A stretch of 64,000 nucleotides of DNA from Reyranella massiliensis 521 (GTDB lineage Bacteria > Pseudomonadota > Alphaproteobacteria > Reyranellales > Reyranellaceae), in NCBI GenBank assembly GCA_945862125.1, contig CAMAYC010000004.1:8691-72690 (forward strand), read 5' to 3'. The position numbers and the translations under genes were made by a program. Of the stretch, positions 59,765-64,000 are shown piece by piece. Numbering within the stretch: position 1 is the first letter of the stretch; the number at the start of each line of letters is the position of its first letter. Below the pieces are notes generated by a model. The model was not told the DNA's origin. It searched no databases and was given only the letters and a program-made list of their open reading frames with translations.

Positions 59765-59938
59765 ATGGGACGGATTGCGGGCTTCATCGCGGCACTTGTC
59801 GGCATGCTGGGTGGATGCTCGGGAGATCCCTATTCGCCCTACGACTTCAAGCGTGTTCCCGGATACACGCCGGCCGGCGGGATATCGCCGCCCCCGAAGC
59901 TGACGAACCTGCCACTGGAATCCTCTCACCGGCCGTGA
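59765..59938 (+). CDS. Candidate small lipoprotein (57 aa), absent from the supplied ORF track (below its length cutoff)
   Basis: My translation is MGRIAGFIAALVGMLGGCSGDPYSPYDFKRVPGYTPAGGISPPPKLTNLPLESSHRP. It has a positively charged n-region, a hydrophobic core and lipobox MLGGC. The 3' end overlaps the convergent aapM end by 13 nt. Confidence 0.45.
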   Translation: MGRIAGFIAALVGMLGGCSGDPYSPYDFKRVPGYTPAGGISPPPKLTNLPLESSHRP

Positions 59939-60996
59939 GCGACCTGCAGCCGCTTCTCGCGCGAGCGGCTCCACTGCGAGAGGCCGAAGCAGGCGAACCA
60001 GTAGATGGCGCCGGCGAAGACATAGGCTTCCATGTTCATGCCCACCCAGGCGGGATCGGCCAGGGCGGCCTGGGCAATGCCGAGCAGATCGAAGATCGAC
60101 ACGATCAGCACCAGCGTCGTGTTCTTGAAAAGGGCGATGAACTCGTTGGTCATGGCCGGCAGCGAGATCCTGAGCGCCTGCGGCAGCACGATCAGCCGCG
60201 TGACGCGCCAGTAGCCGAGGCCGAGCGCCTGCGCCGCCTCGGTCTGGCCCTCGGGCAGCGCCTGCAGACCGCCACGCACGGCTTCGGCCATGTAGGCCGC
60301 GATCACGAAGGCAAGTCCGATCACGGCGCGCGCCAGGCGATCGACGTTGAACCCGGTCGGCATGATCAGCGGCAGCAGCAGGGAGGCCAGGAAGATCACG
60401 GTGATGATCGGCACGCCGCGCCAGAATTCGATGAACACGATCGAGGCGAAGCGAATGAGCGGCAGGCGCGAGCGGCGGCCGAGCGCCAGCAGGATGCCGA
60501 GGGGCACCGCGATCAGGCCGGCGTAGATCGCGAGGAAGAGCGTCAGCATCAGCCCGCCCCACTCGCGGGTCTCGACGATTTTCAGCCCGAAACCGCCATA
60601 GAGCAGCCAGATGCCGAGCGGCGGCAGGATGATCGCGGTGGCGATCGCCAGCTCCCTGCGCCGCGGCAGCCCGCGCCACGAGAGCGCCGCGCCCGCGAAC
60701 AGCGCCAGCAGTCCCAGCAGATCGACACGCCAGCGCTCGGGCACGGGATACTGGCCGTACATGAACTGCGCGAAGCGGGCGCGGATGAAGACCCAGCAGG
60801 CGCCCGAGCTGGTGCAATCCTCGCGCGATGCGCCGTTCCAGTTGGCCTCGATCAGCAGCCATTGCACCAGCGGCACCGAGACGCGCCACACGACGTAGAG
60901 GCAAAGCAGCGAGACCACGGTGTCGAGCCAGGTCGCGAACAGGCGCTGCCGCAGGACGGCGAGCCAGCCGGGCAGCGGAGGTGCCGCGGTCTTCAT
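59926..60996 (-). CDS. aapM: General L-amino acid ABC transporter permease AapM-like
   Basis: Long N-terminal extension with conserved Cys (CTSSGACW). EAA-loop region EAAQALGLGYWRVTRLIVLPQAL. ATGA overlap with aapQ. Confidence 0.85.
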   Translation of the reverse strand: MKTAAPPLPGWLAVLRQRLFATWLDTVVSLLCLYVVWRVSVPLVQWLLIEANWNGASREDCTSSGACWVFIRARFAQFMYGQYPVPERWRVDLLGLLALFAGAALSWRGLPRRRELAIATAIILPPLGIWLLYGGFGLKIVETREWGGLMLTLFLAIYAGLIAVPLGILLALGRRSRLPLIRFASIVFIEFWRGVPIITVIFLASLLLPLIMPTGFNVDRLARAVIGLAFVIAAYMAEAVRGGLQALPEGQTEAAQALGLGYWRVTRLIVLPQALRISLPAMTNEFIALFKNTTLVLIVSIFDLLGIAQAALADPAWVGMNMEAYVFAGAIYWFACFGLSQWSRSREKRLQVAHGR

Positions 60997-62147
60997 CGCG
61001 TCACCAACCTGTGGCGCGAATTGTACCAGTTCATGAAGGCCGACACGGCAAGCCCGATGGTGAGATAGATGCCCAAGGTGATGGCGATGATCTCGATCGC
61101 CTGGCCGGTGGCGACCAGGGCCGAGCCCATGAACACCGCCACGATCTCAGGGTATGCGATGGCCGCGCCAAACGAGGAGTTCTTGATCAGGTTGAGATAC
61201 TGGCTGGTGATCGGCGGGATGATCACCGGCATCGCCTGCGGGATCACCACCAGCCGCACGACCCGGCCCGGCGTCAGGCCCAGCGCCCGCGCCGCATCGA
61301 TCTGGCCCTGCCGCACCGACTGGATGCCGCCGCGCACGACCTCGGCGATGAAGCCCGCGGTGTAGGTCGAGAGCGCCATGAACAGCGCCACGAATTCCGG
61401 TACCAGCACGAAGCCGCCGCGATAGTTGAAGCCGCGCAGCACCGGCAGGTCCCAGCTCGTGATCGTGCCCGCCCACACGAAGAGGGCGAGCGGCAGCGCG
61501 CCGCAAAGCACGAAGCCCGCGCTCCATACCGGGAAGTCCTGGCCCGTCCGCGCCTGCCGTGCCCGGGCCCAGCGCGCCAGCCCGATCTGCACGCCGATCA
61601 GCACCAGGCTCGCCAGCAGCGCCAGGTGGAAACCGCTCACATCGTTGGGCGTCGGGATCGAGAGGCCACGGCGGTTGAGGAACATCACGCCCAGGAAATC
61701 GAAGCTCTCCTTGGGCGTCGGCAGCGCGGCCAGCACGCCGAAGTACCAGAACAGCACGAAGAACAGCAGCGGGATGTTGCGGACGAACTCGATGTAGACC
61801 GCGGCCAGGGTCGAGAGCAGCCAGTTGCGCGAGAGCCGCATCAGCCCGACGGTGAAACCCACGACCGTCGCCAGCACGATCGAGGCCGCCGACACCAGCA
61901 GCGTGTTGACGATGCCGGTCCACAGCAGCGCCCAGATCGTGTCGCTTGGCTTGTAGCCCGTGAGGTTGAACGGCACTTCGATGCCGCTGTCGCGCCACAG
62001 GAAGTTGAAGCCCGACGCGATGCCGGCCTTCACCATGTTGTCCGACGCGTTCTTGACGAAGAACACCACGACCGCGACCAGCGCGATCGTGGCCATCACC
62101 TGCCAGAAGATGTCGCGAACCTTGCGGTCGCGGAGGAAGGCCTTCAT
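60993..62147 (-). CDS. aapQ: General L-amino acid ABC transporter permease AapQ-like
   Basis: About 384 aa. DAARALGLTPGRVVRLVVIPQAM. Confidence 0.85.
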   Translation of the reverse strand: MKAFLRDRKVRDIFWQVMATIALVAVVVFFVKNASDNMVKAGIASGFNFLWRDSGIEVPFNLTGYKPSDTIWALLWTGIVNTLLVSAASIVLATVVGFTVGLMRLSRNWLLSTLAAVYIEFVRNIPLLFFVLFWYFGVLAALPTPKESFDFLGVMFLNRRGLSIPTPNDVSGFHLALLASLVLIGVQIGLARWARARQARTGQDFPVWSAGFVLCGALPLALFVWAGTITSWDLPVLRGFNYRGGFVLVPEFVALFMALSTYTAGFIAEVVRGGIQSVRQGQIDAARALGLTPGRVVRLVVIPQAMPVIIPPITSQYLNLIKNSSFGAAIAYPEIVAVFMGSALVATGQAIEIIAITLGIYLTIGLAVSAFMNWYNSRHRLVTR

Positions 62148-62172
62148 CGCCGCGGGGGCACGCCCCCTTCGA

Positions 62173-63201
62173 TCACTGGAACGGCGGCGTGAACAGGAGA
62201 CCGCCCTTGGTCCACAGCGCGTTCGCGCCGCGCTGCAGCTTCAGCGGCGAGCCCATGCCGACGGTGCGCTCGTAGCTCTCGCCGTAATTGCCGACCTGCT
62301 TGATCAGGTTGAAGGCCCAGTCGTCGGACAGGCCCATCATGGCGCCGAACTTGCCGTCGACGCCGAGCAGGCGGCGGACTTCGGCGTTGGTCGACTTGGC
62401 CTTCATCTCGTCGACGTTCTTCGAGGTGACGCCGAGCGCCTCGGCCGCGATCTGCGCGTTCAGCACCCAGCGCACGACCAGCTGCCAGCGCTCGTCGCCC
62501 CAGCGCGTCACCGGACCCTGCGGATCGTTGGAGATGATCTCGGTCAGGATCTGGTGCTCGGCCGGGTCCTTGAACTTGATGCGCTGGCCGGCCAGCGCGC
62601 CCACGCCCGCCGTATAGGCGTCGCAGCGGCCCTGGTCGTAGGCCGAGATGGCATCGTCGTTCTTCTGGAAGTTGATGATCGTGACCTTGAGGTTGCGCTC
62701 GCGGAACCAGTCGGCCGCCATCTTCTCCTCGGTCGAACCGGCGGCGACGCAGATCGTGGCATCGGCCAGATCCTTGACTGCCGCGACCTTGGCCTTGGTC
62801 CGCACCACGAAGGTCTGGCCCTCGTAGAAGTTGATGCCCTGGAAATTCACGCCGAGGGTGGCGTTCCTCGAGAAAGTGATGGTGGTGTTGCGAGACAGCA
62901 GGTCGACCTGGCCGGACTGGAGCACCGCCCAGCGCTGCTGCACCGAGGTCGGGGTGAACTTCACCTTGGTGGCGTCGCCCAGGACCGCGGCGGCCAGCGA
63001 CTTGCAGTAATCGACGTCGAGGCCGGTCCACTCGCCCTTGTCGTTGGCGAAGGAGAAGCCCGGCAGGCCGAGGTGGACGCCGCATTCGATGTGACCGCGC
63101 GCCTTGATGGCGTCGAGCGTCGGGCTGGGCGCCAGCTGCTGCGCCGAGGCGGAGCCGGCAACGAAGGCCGCGGCGGCGGCAGCCAGTGCAATGAACTTCA
63201 T
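62173..63201 (-). CDS. aapJ: General L-amino acid ABC transporter substrate-binding protein AapJ-like
   Basis: ATG 63201 (MKFIALAAAAAAFVAGSASA). TLDAIKARGHIECGVHLGLPGFSFANDKGEWTGLDVDYCKSLAAAVLGDATKVKFTP. The upstream part of the listed ORF (to 63552) is antisense to hutF. Confidence 0.9.
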   Translation of the reverse strand: MKFIALAAAAAAFVAGSASAQQLAPSPTLDAIKARGHIECGVHLGLPGFSFANDKGEWTGLDVDYCKSLAAAVLGDATKVKFTPTSVQQRWAVLQSGQVDLLSRNTTITFSRNATLGVNFQGINFYEGQTFVVRTKAKVAAVKDLADATICVAAGSTEEKMAADWFRERNLKVTIINFQKNDDAISAYDQGRCDAYTAGVGALAGQRIKFKDPAEHQILTEIISNDPQGPVTRWGDERWQLVVRWVLNAQIAAEALGVTSKNVDEMKAKSTNAEVRRLLGVDGKFGAMMGLSDDWAFNLIKQVGNYGESYERTVGMGSPLKLQRGANALWTKGGLLFTPPFQ

Positions 63202-63247
63202 GAAATCCCTCTCAACAGGTGCTGTCCGATACCGTACAAGCCATCGC

Positions 63248-64000
63248 ATGGCGAGTAAATTGCACCTCGAAACGGCGCTGACGCCCGACGGCTGGCGGCG
63301 CGATCTGGTGGCCACGATCGAGCAGGGCATGATCGTGCGCCTGGAACCCGCCGACGCAGCCAGCGACGCCGTTCGTACCCGGGGCATCGTGGTGCCGGGC
63401 CTGCCCAACCTGCACAGCCACGCCTTCCAGCGCGCGATGGCGGGATTGACCGAACACCGGGGAAGCGGCGGTGAGGCCGATTCTTTCTGGTCCTGGCGTG
63501 AGCTGATGTATCGCTTCGTGGCGCGCCTCTCGCCCGACGATCTCGAAGCCATCGCCGCACTCGCCTACATGGAAATGCTCGAGGCCGGCTTCACCTGGGT
63601 GGCCGAGTTCCACTACCTCCACCATCAGCCCGACGGACGGCCCTACGACAATATCGCCGAGATGTCGGAGCGCCTCGTGGCCGCCGCCGACACATCGGGC
63701 ATCGGCCTCACCCTCCTCCCCGTCCTCTATCGCCAGAGCGGATTTTTGGGGAAGCCCGCCAGCGACGCGCAGCGGCGATTCCTAAACGACCGCGATTCCT
63801 ACGCGCGTCTGATGGAAACCCGCGTCCCCGGCGGCAACATCGGCATCGCCCCGCATTCGCTGCGCGCCGTCACCTTGAATGACCTCGACTGGGCCGCGCG
63901 CACGTTCAAGGGCAAGCCGGCGCATATCCACATCAGCGAGCAGATGCGCGAGGTCGAGGACTGCCTTGGCGCGCACCAGAAGCGCCCGGTCGATCTGCTG
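63248..64000 (+). CDS. hutF: Formimidoylglutamate deiminase, N-terminal part (runs off the window; not in the ORF track)
   Basis: My translation from ATG 63248 is MASKLHLETALTPDGWRRDL...VVPGLPNLHSHAFQRAMAGLTE...GIAPHSLRAV...AHIHISEQ. It is open to position 64000 with high GC3. Confidence 0.85.
   Translation, partial: MASKLHLETALTPDGWRRDLVATIEQGMIVRLEPADAASDAVRTRGIVVPGLPNLHSHAFQRAMAGLTEHRGSGGEADSFWSWRELMYRFVARLSPDDLEAIAALAYMEMLEAGFTWVAEFHYLHHQPDGRPYDNIAEMSERLVAAADTSGIGLTLLPVLYRQSGFLGKPASDAQRRFLNDRDSYARLMETRVPGGNIGIAPHSLRAVTLNDLDWAARTFKGKPAHIHISEQMREVEDCLGAHQKRPVDLL

Noticed and set aside
59755-61068. A 437-aa plus-strand ORF, and the 397-aa minus-strand ORF 59711..60904
   Set aside because: Both overlap the aapM and aapQ permease genes in an antisense or alternate frame. 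Their composition is typical of GC-rich artefacts.

Overview
This is a 64-kb, high-GC chromosomal segment. Hand counts on several 60-nt lines give roughly mid-60s % GC. Gene content looks alphaproteobacterial: aapJQM, mlaA/mlaC, a sahR-metF-split-metH operon, Bug/TctC, DUF992 and PimC/PimD-like dehydrogenases. I can support about 67 tightly packed protein genes, many coupled by ATGA, TGATG or GTGA overlaps. I found no rRNA, tRNA, CRISPR array, transposase or integrase.

Content from left to right:
- the 3' end of ettA and a small K+-channel-like protein
- a divergent PAS-receiver gene and a hybrid sensor kinase containing three near-identical tandem PAS modules
- a block of oxidoreductases and hydrolases that includes two enzyme families usually tied to coenzyme F420
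- cysE, and mlaC-mlaA
- a methionine-cycle operon (sahR-metF-metH(N)-metH(C)-tauE-DUF992)
- a seven-gene co-directional cluster (CoA-transferase, PLD-like protein, three acyl-CoA dehydrogenase genes, AEC permease, TauD-type dioxygenase)
- a second acyl-CoA cluster (Fcs-family ligase, SDR, DSD1 PLP enzyme, enolase-superfamily enzyme) interrupted by a lower-GC HEPN/MNT toxin-antitoxin cassette
- assorted transporters, hydrolases and an ArsR-SRPBCC pair
- a lipoprotein S1 protease
- aapJQM without an ATPase gene, and the 5' part of hutF

All calls rest on motif and family recognition by eye plus start-codon and Shine-Dalgarno inspection. No database search was possible. The ORF track uses GTG and TTG starts, and many long listed ORFs are antisense or alternate-frame artefacts of high GC.

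I did not find a convincing wholly new multi-gene system. The most unusual items are the HEPN/MNT insertion, the triplicated PAS array, the F420-type enzymes in a proteobacterial context, the 2-large+1-small ACAD trio, the PLD-like gene translationally coupled to a CoA-transferase, the ATPase-less aap operon, and an unlisted small lipoprotein ORF.
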